From an uncultured Gemmatimonadaceae bacterium (GTDB taxonomy: Bacteria; Gemmatimonadota; Gemmatimonadetes; Gemmatimonadales; Gemmatimonadaceae), in the NCBI GenBank assembly GCA_963790305.1, contig CAWBOC010000001.1, positions 96,001 through 160,000 on the forward strand: a DNA stretch of 64,000 nt, in the 5' to 3' direction. Positions 10,842-21,034 of this stretch are shown here, in pieces. The notes under the pieces are model-generated. The model ran no database searches and was not told the origin of the DNA. It saw only the letters and a program-made list of their open reading frames with translations. The position numbers and the translations under genes are program-made. Position 1 is the first letter of the stretch, and the number at the start of each line of letters is the position of its first letter.

Positions 10842-10874
10842 AAGGGCCGCCCACTGAGGGCGGCCCTTCTTTTT
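10842..10874 (+). terminator. Rho-independent terminator after the tRNA fragment
   Basis: aagggccgccc-actga-gggcggccctt followed by a T-run. Confidence 0.8.
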
Positions 10875-10925
10875 GGGGCGATTGGTCTGCGGATAGCCTG
10901 CCACTCGGCGACCTTGAAGCCCGCA

Positions 10926-12264
10926 TCACCGCTCGACCGCGAAGTGCCCCATCATCCCCTGCTCGTGATGCTCGAGGATGTGGCAGTGGTACATCCACTC
11001 CCCGGGCCGGTCGTCCGCAACCCACGCGATCCGCACGCGACCTTTGGGCGGCACGTTGATCGTGTCCTCCCATGAGCGGAACGCCGGCGGCTCGCCGTTC
11101 ACCTCGAGCACCTGGAAAAAGAAGCCGTGCAGGTGAAATGGATGGTCCATCATCGTGTCGTTGATGACGTCCCACACCTGCAGCTCGCCGACCTTCACCG
11201 GCTTGTCGCGGTGGTGCGGCTCCTTGTTGACGACGAACGTTACGCCGTGCCGCAGACTGGGCTTGAATCCCAGGTGAACCTCGCGCGTGGGTGAAACCGG
11301 TCCCGACACCAGCGGCTCGATACGCCGAAGGGTCGACGGGATCACCGCCTGCGACGGCGCAGCCGGCCCCACGCGCACCGTCGCGAACAGCTCGTTCTTC
11401 GCGCGGGCAACCGTCATTCGGTTGTACTTCAGTGCCTCGACGCGCGATCGTCTCTCCCTCGGTGAACGGTCCCACCGCGATGTCCACGCGGTCGGCCGGC
11501 GTGAGAAGCACCTCGTTTACGGTCACCGGCGCTTCGATCAGTCCGCCGTCGGTGCCGAGGATCGTGAAGGGCCGCCCGCCGATCGAGAGGCGGACGTAGC
11601 GCGCGCTCGATGCGTTGACGATCCGCCAGCGCTCGATCTGGCCGGCTGCCATGGTGAGCTCCGGCTCGGCCTTGCCATTGACCAGCCGAGTGCCGCCCTG
11701 ACGACCATCGTGTCCCTCGATCAGGCCGCCGAGCTTCTTGATCTGTCCCTTGCGGTCGAGCTTCACGTCGTCGAATACCAGCACCCGCTCGGCATCCAGT
11801 GTCGGCTCGTTAGGTCCGCGCACGATGAGCGCCCCGTAGAGCCCACGCTCGAGCTGCACCGTCTCGTTCATGTGCGGGTGATACCAGAACGTGCCGGCGT
11901 CACGGAGCGTGAAGCGATACGTGAACGTGTCGCCAGGCTTGATTGGGCGCTGGACCATGTCGGTGCCGTCCATCGCGGCCGGCAGGCGGAGCCCATGCCA
12001 GTGGATGACGGTCGGCTCGGGAAGGTGGTTGGTGAGTCGCAGCTCCAGGACATCGCCGACACGCGCTTCGATGACCGGTCCCGGGATCTGACCGTTGAAG
12101 CCCCACGCCCTGGTCATAATGCCAGGGACGAACTCCCAGTCGGTCTCTCGAGCTTCAAGGTCCACCTCGACAACCGACCCATCGGCGTGTGGTACTGCGG
12201 CGTCGTACGCTTGCGTGTAGGCAGCAAGCGCGTCACCTGCTAGCTCCATGGACGGCAGGTCCAT
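10926..12264 (-). CDS. Multicopper oxidase, 3-domain (frameshift near 11440)
   Basis: Cu motifs HWHG, WYHPH, HPFHLHG, HCHILEHHEQGMM. Confidence 0.9.
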
Positions 12265-12477
12265 GCCCGTGTGTGTGCTCTCCCTTTCCGTGGTCGTGAT
12301 GATGTGATCCCGACATAGGAGTGTCCGCGCAAAGGTTGTGGATGGAAGCAGCGACGTCATCAAGCCGGGCCGGCGGGCGCGTACCAGTCGCGTGGGGCAT
12401 CGGCAGGACACGCGCAATATGTTGTTAGGTCGGCCATGGGTAAAGATCGGAGCGCGCTCAACGGACCGGCCCCTTCC

Positions 12478-13432
12478 TCACAGTTTCACCTGGACTCCCG
12501 AAATCAGCGACCGCAGCGCGCGTTTGACGGGAGGCGGCATGCTGCTGTCGTACTGCTCCCTGAACGCAATCGAGAGCCCGAAGTTCGTCGTCATCATTCC
12601 AACAAGCCGCGCGTTGAATTCCGCTTGCCGGTATGGTGTGGTGGCACGCAGGCTCCAGAAGTAATGCATGTCCTGTTGGAAGCTGATCATGGGCGTCAGT
12701 TGCAGGGATAGGACATTGTGCACACCGGTAATTGGTCCCTCGACACCGGCCGGGACGTTCGCCGCAAATGAGAGCACTCGCCCGTACTCGGTCTGTTCAT
12801 TCTTTCCGTACCCAAGCCCCGGCGCGAGCAGCAGCGACACTCGGGCTGACTTCACGACGAAGTACCCCAGGCCAGCGATCGTCGTAGAACGGTACTTCAA
12901 GTATTGCACATGGTTGACCTCGAACTGGCTTCGACCCATCAACACCACGCGCGGCGTGAGCATCCGGCGCCCACCAAGCGTCAGCCCCCACTGATCCACG
13001 TCGGCGGAGTCTGGTTCCCGGCGCCAGTAACTCAAATTCCCGTCGAGCGTGAGCGCACCTCGCGCACCGCTCCGCGCAACTCCGAGGGTCATCTGTGCGC
13101 CCAGCGTCGAGCCCGCGATGCCGGGCGCAATCGTCGATATGTGCGTCATGGAGGCGGTCAGCTGTACCGGACCACGGGGAGGGAGGAGGAGGCGGCGGCG
13201 GTACGGGCGACCGCGATGCGACGGCGGCCGAATCGATCACCACCTCGCCCAGTCCATCCACGGAGATGTGAATCTTGCCGTCTCCGGCCGCCGTCACGCG
13301 TCCCACCAGGCTACTGCCGCCGACCAGCTGGATGACCTCCAGCGATGCGGGCGTGGGTGTCTGAGCCGCCACACGGTGGGTGGGGGCGCACACCAGCAGA
13401 ATGAAAGCGGGAAGAAGGTGCGATGGCCGCAT
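12478..13432 (-). CDS. DUF481-like putative outer-membrane beta-barrel protein (frameshift near 13160)
   Basis: Signal peptide, small beta domain, Pro-rich linker ending in WSG, then amphipathic beta strands ending YDSSMPPPVKR...SGVQVKL. Confidence 0.6.
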
Positions 13433-13434
13433 GG

Positions 13435-14784
13435 TTAGTGTCTCGCCAGAGGTTTGGAGGTTCGGACGGCGACGACGACTTCACGAATCGCCTGGCTGGA
13501 GAATGCCGCTTCCGTCTTGTTGACAGTCAACGAGCCATGAGTGGCCGTTGGAAGCAACCAGTGACTGCTGTTGGTGGACAGTTTCGGAAGATCATCCTGC
13601 AGCGCCGCCCAGCCTTCCTGTGCGTCTGTCAACGCGGTAACGACCATCAGCGGGCGATCGCCTAACGTGACGAGAGCGCCCGCTTGCTCCATGGCTCGCG
13701 GTGCTGACGCCCATTCGTCACGTTGGCTGCGAGCCATGCGGGCCGTGGACCAGAACAAGTGCTCTTCGGCGGCCGATTCACTGGGCAAGCTGTCAAACGA
13801 GTGTCGGTACGCGACCCGCCCCACTCCGAATCGGGCGAGGGACGGAAACAGCGCCGAGATGCGACGAAATCCATCGTAGAATCGCGGATAGGCTGGCAGC
13901 GTGAATTGGCGTGGGTCTGTCGAGTCGAGCAGCACGATGCCGGCTGTCTGATTCGGGTACCGCGCCGCGAACGCGCGCACATAGAGGCCACCGAAAGAAT
14001 GACCTGCCAGCACATACGGGGGTGTCTCGCGCGCGCTCGTCAGCAACGCATTGAGGTCGGTGGCGACGGCGATGCCGTCCTGCTGGCCTGGAGCAGGGTC
14101 ACTCCACCCGCGTCCCGCGCGATCGTACACACACACTCTGGTGTCGCGCGCAACGTCGGGAGCAATCCATCCCCATACCGCCGAGGTAGAACCATACCCT
14201 GGCACCAGCACGACCGTCGGCCTACCTGACCCCGCGCAGTGCAGATACATGCGACGCCCGTCACCCACATCGACGAGCTGACCGCGCATGCGGTGCGCGC
14301 GGAGATCGAGGGACTCCCGCACCGTCTCATAACCTCCGGCTATGGCCGCAAACGCCATGACCGCGAACAATGGATAGATCAGCCAGGAGCGAATGCGACT
14401 GTGGAGCTCACGACGCACGCGCAGCGTCATCCAAACGACCAACGCGAGCAGCAGGACCGGTGCTACCCACGCGATCGCGGCAGTCGACACGACGCCCGGC
14501 CAGAGGAGGAGAACGGTGCCTGCCAGCGCAAGCCACCCGGCCGCTATCATCGCCCATCGCTGCGGTTGATCACTCCGTCGAGCCGACAGCGCGGCGAGCA
14601 GCACAGCCCCGGCAGCGAACGCAAAAAGGACCGCCGCACTGATCACGTTCTCACGAGCGCCGGCGACGACAACGATGACCAGGACGATGGAAAGAAGGAC
14701 CGCGGCCAATAAGGACACGATCACGATCCAGGCGATATTGCGCGTCGAGGGAAGCGGAGGCGATGGGTCAGGAATCGGCATCAC
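13435..14784 (-). CDS. Membrane-anchored alpha/beta hydrolase
   Basis: About 5 N-terminal TM helices; VCVYDRAGRGWS, nucleophile GHSFGG, LLDST, C-terminal His (ATHGS). Confidence 0.85.
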   Translation of the reverse strand: MMPIPDPSPPLPSTRNIAWIVIVSLLAAVLLSIVLVIVVVAGARENVISAAVLFAFAAGAVLLAALSARRSDQPQRWAMIAAGWLALAGTVLLLWPGVVSTAAIAWVAPVLLLALVVWMTLRVRRELHSRIRSWLIYPLFAVMAFAAIAGGYETVRESLDLRAHRMRGQLVDVGDGRRMYLHCAGSGRPTVVLVPGYGSTSAVWGWIAPDVARDTRVCVYDRAGRGWSDPAPGQQDGIAVATDLNALLTSARETPPYVLAGHSFGGLYVRAFAARYPNQTAGIVLLDSTDPRQFTLPAYPRFYDGFRRISALFPSLARFGVGRVAYRHSFDSLPSESAAEEHLFWSTARMARSQRDEWASAPRAMEQAGALVTLGDRPLMVVTALTDAQEGWAALQDDLPKLSTNSSHWLLPTATHGSLTVNKTEAAFSSQAIREVVVAVRTSKPLARH

Positions 14785-14980
14785 CGGACCTCTCTTGGAA
14801 GGGGACGCCGCGAGAACGTGCGACGCCGGTCTGCATACCTGGTAGAATTCCCCAAATGTGGCGCGGTATCAGCCAAGCCGGAACGATGCGCAAAGGGTAA
14901 AGACGGCCGCGTGCCAATACGGGTCCGGGAATGGATGCTTCTCAGGCGCAACGTCGGCGAAATCACTTGAGGAGGTACGC

Positions 14981-15394
14981 ATGGAATACGCGATCGGAAC
15001 CGTTGTCGCTCTGCTCACTGCCCTCTTCGCGAGACTGACGCGGTTCGACCAGGATCGTGCATTCTATCCGACGGTGCTCGTCGTGATCGCCTTGTATTAC
15101 ATCTTGTTCGCGGCCATGGGAGGATCGGCTCACGCGCTCCGACTGGAATCCATTCAACTCGCCATTTTCGCGGGTATCGCAGTCGTCGGATTCAGGTCGA
15201 GCCTGTGGTGGGTCGTTGCAGGTTTGGCCGGTCACGGAGTATTCGATCTCGCTCACGGGCATCTAGTACAGAATCCGGGTGTGCCCGCTTGGTGGCCAGG
15301 CTTCTGTTCGGCCGCCGATGTGTTCCTTGCAGCGAGCCTGGGGTGGCTTCTGTATCGCGGAGTCGTACTCGCACGAGCTGTTCGCCTCTCGTAG
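14981..15394 (+). CDS. Hypothetical membrane protein
   Basis: GAGGAGG RBS; hydrophobic; conserved-looking HGVFDLAH...VPAWWPGFC motif. Confidence 0.75.
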   Translation: MEYAIGTVVALLTALFARLTRFDQDRAFYPTVLVVIALYYILFAAMGGSAHALRLESIQLAIFAGIAVVGFRSSLWWVVAGLAGHGVFDLAHGHLVQNPGVPAWWPGFCSAADVFLAASLGWLLYRGVVLARAVRLS

Positions 15395-15541
15395 CTCGTT
15401 TCTCGCCGCGCCGAGGTCCGACGCTCGTGGATTTTGTTGTGGTCGACCGCTGTCGCGGCGCTGATTATGCGAAACGGGGATGACCATGGTTCACCAGCCC
15501 CTTCCTCGCCCTTTCATCCCCGCCGGGGATCCAGCAACGCT

Positions 15542-15880
15542 GTGAAGGGGGACGCGCGGGACGAAGCGATTCTGGAAACGCTCACCGGCCTGTACAACAC
15601 CGGTGAGCTGCAATGCGCCGAAGGGCGACTGCGCATCTCGCCGCTTTTCGATACCGACGAAATACGTCTCCGGGGGCCGAGCGCCTGGGACTACAGTGTC
15701 CGCTTCGGCGAGGACCGCTTGAGGGACCTCATCAACGAAAGCCGAGTCCCTGTGTCCGAAGAGCTCGTGAGGATGTTGCTCTGCCTCATCTATCATCACC
15801 CAGACCGACACGCGTGGGTGACCAAGGAGCGCGCCGAGCGCTACCGCGCGGACGCGAGCGAGCGGACCCGGCCGGGGTGA
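15542..15880 (+). CDS. Hypothetical protein
   Basis: Globular-looking ORF (EAILETLTGLY...RMLLCLIYHHPDRHAWV); start uncertain. Confidence 0.5.
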   Translation: MKGDARDEAILETLTGLYNTGELQCAEGRLRISPLFDTDEIRLRGPSAWDYSVRFGEDRLRDLINESRVPVSEELVRMLLCLIYHHPDRHAWVTKERAERYRADASERTRPG

Positions 15881-15907
15881 TGGCCTAACCGCCAGGAACC
15901 CCTGTCG

Positions 15908-16297
15908 TCATTGGATCGGCTGGATGCAGGACGCGACCATCTCATCGACAGTCCCGTCGACCAGCACGCCCGCCGTCGCCATGTCCCCGGAGGATCGAAG
16001 ATCGCCGACTCGCTGCCGAATCGCGTTCGCGATTTCGAAGTCAGCAACGCCTCGATCGCGAAGATCCTCGACGTACTCGCAGATCGCGTCGCGCAGGACT
16101 TCGAGCGAAGCGCGATGTTGAGCGTCGGCCGACAGGAGAGCCTGACGCAATGCGGGCGAGAAGGGATGCTCCTTCCCATTTCTACTGGATGCAGGTGACA
16201 CGGGACGCCTCCAAATGAGGCGTCGCCAGAAGCGCCTGTAGATTGTGCGACGTGCCACTCGGGAGCGTAGCGGGCTGGTGAGCGAACCGCGAATCAA
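15908..16297 (-). CDS. Hypothetical small helical protein; start uncertain
   Basis: LRDAICEYVEDLRDRGV...VDEMVASCI; resembles the adjacent ORF. Confidence 0.5.
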   Translation of the reverse strand: MIRGSLTSPLRSRVARRTIYRRFWRRLIWRRPVSPASSRNGKEHPFSPALRQALLSADAQHRASLEVLRDAICEYVEDLRDRGVADFEIANAIRQRVGDLRSSGDMATAGVLVDGTVDEMVASCIQPIQ

Positions 16298-16324
16298 CCG
16301 CTCCCGATGCGAGGTCGATCGGCG

Positions 16325-16861
16325 CTAGGTGCCGTCCCCCGGCCGGCCGCGTCGTGCTGAAGCGGGCAGTATGGTCGCGGGGTAGTATGCCAGGATGGAC
16401 CAGCGAATGATCTCGTCCATGAAAAGGTCCGCCGCGCGCGCGGCCACCGGATGCTCGAGGGACGGGTGCGACACCGTATGCTGCATGAAGGCACGCATGG
16501 TGACGACCATCGCCTCGGGCAGCATTCCCTGCTGCTGAAGCTCCTCGACGCAGGCCCCAATGGCCGCGCGAAGCTCTGTTACCGCGGCGGCGTGCCTGCG
16601 AAAGGCGCTCTCGAGCGCGAGCTCGACGCGGGCGGAAACACGAGGCGTGAGCGCGAAAGGCGGTTCGCGAACGGCGATGGTGTTGGGCAACGGTCGGCTC
16701 CCGCCTTCGGAGGCGCCGCCAGAAGCGCCGTAATCATGCTCACGAGCGGGACGCGCGGAGCTGGTGACGACCCCCGCACCTATGGACCATAACGTCGGCG
16801 ACTGAGCGGTACAAGAGCCGCGGCCGATGAGCTGCACTTCGCCGCACCTTCCTTGACGCAT
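16325..16861 (-). CDS. Hypothetical small helical protein; true start probably later
   Basis: LRAAIGACVEELQQQGMLPEAMVVTMR...DEIIRWSILAYY. Confidence 0.55.
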   Translation of the reverse strand: MRQGRCGEVQLIGRGSCTAQSPTLWSIGAGVVTSSARPAREHDYGASGGASEGGSRPLPNTIAVREPPFALTPRVSARVELALESAFRRHAAAVTELRAAIGACVEELQQQGMLPEAMVVTMRAFMQHTVSHPSLEHPVAARAADLFMDEIIRWSILAYYPATILPASARRGRPGDGT

Positions 16862-16964
16862 GTATCCGCCTGTCTATGTTGGACAGGTAGCCGGCCAAAG
16901 CCCGCCGCGTGCGTGCGACGTCCGTCGCATAAGCGCTTCGCGGTGAGCGAGATGGAGGTGGAGG

Positions 16965-17915
16965 ATGGAGAGACCGCGCGCATCCATCGCGATCGCCGCG
17001 ACGATCCTCAGTGTCCTGCTCGCGGGGGTGTTCCTCGCCGCCGGCGTTCCCAAGCTCATCGGCGCCGAGCCGCTGATTCTCCAGGCCGCCGCGATGCGCG
17101 GATTCCCCGAGTGGATCCGCATCGTCGTCGCGATCGTCGAGGTCATCGGGGCAATCGGGCTTCTCATTCCGGCGACGTCCGCCGTTTCCGCAACGCTGCT
17201 CGCCTTGCTGATGGTTCCGGCGGCGATCACGCAGCGGGTCAGCGGAGAGCCAGGCATTCTCGTCCCGGCTGCGCTCTTCATCCTGCTCCTCATCCTCGCG
17301 GCGCTTCGCCAACCCGATGCCTTGCGCAGGATCTGGCGCGAAGCGCGCCACGCACCACACCCGGTATTTCGCGAAGGTGTGATCGCGGGTGTCCTCGGTG
17401 CCACCGCGATCGCCGTGTGGTTCTTCATCGTCGATCTGGTCGCCGGCCAGACGCTGTTCACACCGACGACGCTTGGACGAGCGGTGTTCAGCGTGCTCGG
17501 GGCAGTGCCCGACAGCGAGAGCCCGATCATCCACGTGCTCGCGTACACCCTCTTTCACTACGCCGCGTTCATCACGCTCGGAATCGTCGCGGCGGCGATG
17601 GTGCGTCTCGCCGGTGACGAGCCGTCGGTGCTGCTCGGGTTCGTGATCCTGTTCGTCGCGTTCGAGGTGGGGTTCTACGCCTTCGTCGCGGTGCTGTCAC
17701 AGGTGAGCCCGCTCGGCGAGCTGGCCTGGTGGCAGGTGATGGTTGGGAACCTGATCGCGGCCGCGGCAATGGGGATCTATCTTGCTGCGGAAACACCCCG
17801 TGCTGCGAGAGCAGTTCAGGCACTCGATGGACGCGCAGCCGTGGAGGACGACGAGGCTGAGGTGATCGAGGTGCGTCGAGGGGTCGAGGTGATCAAGGTC
17901 AGACAGCAGCCTTGA
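16965..17915 (+). CDS. DoxX family membrane protein fused to a second multi-TM domain; 3' end probably frameshifted (stop near 17865)
   Basis: DoxX-like N-terminus (VFLAAGVPKL...GFPEWIRIVVAIVEVIGAIGLLIP) followed by 4 further TM helices. Confidence 0.75.
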   Translation: MERPRASIAIAATILSVLLAGVFLAAGVPKLIGAEPLILQAAAMRGFPEWIRIVVAIVEVIGAIGLLIPATSAVSATLLALLMVPAAITQRVSGEPGILVPAALFILLLILAALRQPDALRRIWREARHAPHPVFREGVIAGVLGATAIAVWFFIVDLVAGQTLFTPTTLGRAVFSVLGAVPDSESPIIHVLAYTLFHYAAFITLGIVAAAMVRLAGDEPSVLLGFVILFVAFEVGFYAFVAVLSQVSPLGELAWWQVMVGNLIAAAAMGIYLAAETPRAARAVQALDGRAAVEDDEAEVIEVRRGVEVIKVRQQP

Positions 17916-17949
17916 CTCCTCGATCATCCTCGACGCACCTCGACAACCT
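17859..17949. repeat. Palindromic element of 9-nt units (gaggtgatc / gatcatcctc) between convergent genes
   Basis: gaggtgatcgaggtgcgtcgaggggtcgaggtgatcaagg ... ccttgactcctcgatcatcctcgacgcacctcgacaacct. Confidence 0.75.
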
Positions 17950-18522
17950 GCTTCTCTCCAGCCTTTCCCGTACCACCGGCCACTCGCGATCCAGAATGCT
18001 GTACATGGCGGAGTCGCGAATTCGTCCCGACGCCGTGATCAGGTGTGCGCGCAGGATTCCCTCCTCCACCGCCCCGATCCTGAGAATCGCCGCGCGCGAC
18101 TGCTGATTGAGTGCATCCGTCTTGAGCTCGACGCGGATGCAGCCGAGCACGTCGAACGCGTGGCGGAGCATCAGATACTTCGCCTCGGTGTTGCACGCCG
18201 TGCGCTGACGGTCGCGGCGTAGCCAGGTCCACCCGATTTCCACACGGCGGTTCGACATATCGATGTTGCCGAACCGCGTGCTGCCAATGATCTCTCCGGT
18301 CGAGGCATCCAGCGTCGCGAACGGCAGCGCGGTGCCGGCGCGCTGCGCCTCGAGCGCCGCGTCGACGTAGACTCGCATGTCCTCCAACGACGCGATCTGC
18401 GTCAGCGTCCACCGCCACAGCTCCTGATCGGCGGCTGCCGCGAACATCGCCTCCGTGTGCGCGAGCGTGAGCGGCTCGAGCCGAACATGACGGCCCGACA
18501 GCGTGACGGGACTGACCTTCAC
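17899..18522 (-). CDS. GNAT N-acetyltransferase, RimJ/RimL-like
   Basis: VRLEPL, IIGSTRF, VEIGWTWL, NTEAKYLMLRHAF, RVELKTDALNQQSRAAILRIGA.EG.LR. Confidence 0.92.
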   Translation of the reverse strand: MKVSPVTLSGRHVRLEPLTLAHTEAMFAAAADQELWRWTLTQIASLEDMRVYVDAALEAQRAGTALPFATLDASTGEIIGSTRFGNIDMSNRRVEIGWTWLRRDRQRTACNTEAKYLMLRHAFDVLGCIRVELKTDALNQQSRAAILRIGAVEEGILRAHLITASGRIRDSAMYSILDREWPVVRERLERSRLSRCVEDDRGVKAAV

Positions 18523-18550
18523 GGAATGTTCGGGTGGGGGTGGGCAAGGA

Positions 18551-18643
18551 AGGTAGACCAGGGTGCCGACGCGCGATCGACACCCCTGGTCTACCTCTTG
18601 GTTCCTACGTCATCCCCGAAGCCCGACTACGTAGGTCGGCGGA
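18551..18643. promoter_or_regulatory. Inverted repeat and CTACGT motifs in the divergent region upstream of the biosynthetic operon
   Basis: aggtagaccagggtg...cacccctggtctacct (18551-18596); cctacgtc and near-palindrome ccgactacgtaggtcgg (about 18604-18639). Confidence 0.4.
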
Positions 18644-18700
18644 TGGGTGCGCCGGATTGACCAGGTCGCACATTGCTCCCATGCGGACCTGGAGTGGGCC

Positions 18701-19668
18701 ATGACGTCGATCGGTGCGATCCGGTACGAGTTCCCCGCTGGAACGCGGTCTGTCCGCGAGCTGGCGGCGGCCGGTCTGCTCGAGTCGACCGCGGATACGC
18801 TCGAGTCGCTCGGCTTCGAGCAGGTGCGCGTTGCATGCGAGGAGTCGTCGTACTCCCTCGCCCTGCGCCGCGAGCAGCCGTCTCATCGAAGAATACGGCA
18901 TCGACCGCGACAGCATCGGGCTGCTGGTGTACGGCGGCGCGCCCGGGCGGGCTCGCGTTCTCCGCCGGCACGAACACTCGCCGGCGCGGCCGGCGACGTC
19001 GTCTCCGACCGCACGCTTCCGCTATCCCTCCACGCGACTTCAGTACGACCTCGGTCTCGAGCGCGCGGCGGTGCTCGCGGTCGACCAGCTCGCGTGCACC
19101 ACGCTCTTCGGCGCCGTGCGCGTCGCTCGCGCCCTTTGCATCGCCGAAGGAATCGAGCGCGCGCTCTGCGTCTCCGCCGACATGTACCCGCCACTCGCCG
19201 GTCGTGAGGCGCTCTTCAACTGCACCGCCGACGCCGGCTGCGCGGTGCTCGTCGAGCGCGAAAGTCGCCACGCAACCGCATCGTCGCCGCGCGCACCGTC
19301 ACCAAGGGCTACTACTGGGATGCCGACGCCATGCGCGACGAGATCGTCGCGTCGTACTTCCCGACCGCACGCCACGTCATCGCCGAAACGGTGCGCGATG
19401 CGGGATGGACGCTTGCCGACGTCGACTGGGTAATTCCGCATAACGTCAGCCGGCGCAGTTGGGAGATCCTGATGGGACTCGTCGGCGCTTCCCTCGCGCG
19501 CGCCTGTGGGCAGACAACATCGCGCGCGACGGACACACGCTCGCCGGCGACAACTTCATCAATCTGCACGATGCGCTGGCCTGCGGCGCGATCACCCCCG
19601 GCGACCGGTTGCTGCTCTTCTCGTACGGCTACGGCGCGCACTGGACCGCTCTCGCGGTGGAGGCCTGA
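18701..19668 (+). CDS. 3-oxoacyl-ACP synthase III (KAS III/FabH-fold) family protein (several frameshifts)
   Basis: Catalytic Cys in DQLACTT; DAGCAVLV; DVDWVIPHNVS; DGHTLAGDNFINL; PGDRLLLFSYGYGAHW. Confidence 0.85.
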
Positions 19669-19669
19669 C

Positions 19670-20772
19670 GTGAGCATCCCTCGCTCGATTCTGGTTACGG
19701 GCGCCACCGGGCCTCATCGGCCGCCGCGTGGTCGCCTCGCTTCTGCGCCGCACCAATGCGCCCAATCGTCGTTCTGGTCCGCGATCCGGCACGGTGGCAG
19801 GCGACGGCGACGCACCTCGGCGCAGGCGCCGCTCGAGTGACGGCCGTGCGCGCCGACATCACGCTTCCCGCCCTCGGGCTGGACCTGCGGACAATGACGC
19901 GCTGTCTCGGCGCGCCATTCCTGCTCGTCCACAGTGCCGGTGACATCGTCTTCTCGCGATCGCTGGCTGACTCGCGCCGCGTGAACGTCGAAGGCACCCG
20001 CAACGTCATCGAGCTCGCCTATTCATTCTCCGATGCACGGCTCGTTCACGTGAGTACGGCGTTCGCCGTTGGGCCGGCGCACCGGGTTCATCCCGCGAAG
20101 GCGCGGACGCTGCCGGTGAAGGCTGGGTGAACGCGTACGAGCAGTCGAAGCACGAGGCGGAGCGTGATCGTGCGCGAAAGCGGCCTCGAGTACGCGATCG
20201 CGCGGCCGAGCACGGTCGTCTGCGACGATGTCGCGCGGCGCGGTGACGCAGGTGAATGCCGTGCACCGCGCGCTGCGTCTCTATCACGCCGGGCTGGCGT
20301 CGATGATGCCGGGTTCGGAGGACACGCCGGTCGACGTCATCCCCGCCGACTGGGTGGCGGATGCCATCGCGCGTCTGTCGCTCGCCGCGACTGCGTCGGG
20401 CCGCACGGTACATCTCTGTGCCGGCGACGGCGCGCTTCCCCTCGGCGCGCTGCTCGATCGCACGTACGCGGTCTGGTCGCGGCGATACGAGCTGGCGGCG
20501 CCGAGCGTGGCCCGCCCGCCCTGTCCGAATCTTGGCACATACCAGCTGTTCGAGCGGTCCGTGGACCTCGTGGGTGACGCGCGGCTCAAGCGCATCACGC
20601 GGTCGCTGTCGCACTTCGTGCCGCAGCTCGCGCTCGCCGAAGCGGTTCGACACGTCGCTCTCGCGCGAGCTGCTCGGCGAGACTGCGCCGCCGGTGAGCG
20701 CGTATTGGGAGCGCATGCTCGAATGGCTTCTCGCTCTCGAACTGGAGCGCCGCGCTCCCGGAGGCTGCGTGA
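19670..20772 (+). CDS. Extended SDR of the thioester/fatty-acyl reductase (NAD_binding_4) type (frameshifted)
   Basis: ILVTGATG, VHSAGDIVF, VNVEGTRNV, VHVSTAF, NAYEQSKHEAE (YxxxK), IARPSTVV, VDVIPADWVA. Confidence 0.85.
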
Positions 20773-21034
20773 GCGCGCGGAGCTCGGTTCGCAGGGTGCC
20801 ATGGTCGCGTGGCTGAACACTCGGTTCGCGTCCAAGGGCTTCGTCATCACTGCCGACACGCCACTCTTCGCGCGCGGGGTGATCGACTCGCTCGGCATTC
20901 TCGAGCTCATCGCCTGGACGGAAGTGAACACCGGGCGGATCGTGCCCGACGAGAGCATTCGCATGGACAACTTCGGCACCGTCGCGCGCATCGCGCAGAC
21001 GTTCGTCGGGGAGGAAGCGCATGCGAACGGCTGA
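20769..21034 (+). CDS. Acyl/aminoacyl carrier protein
   Basis: ITADTPLFARGVIDSLGILELIAW...DNFGTVARIAQ, with phosphopantetheine Ser in DSL; GTGA overlap with the SDR. Confidence 0.9.

Noticed and set aside
10491..11075. 194-aa ORF as island integrase
   Set aside because: Reads through the att repeat and terminator and has no tyrosine- or serine-recombinase motifs.
16250..16270. Third att repeat (cgggagc) closing a second island
   Set aside because: Match to the tRNA end is only about 7 nt, expected by chance.
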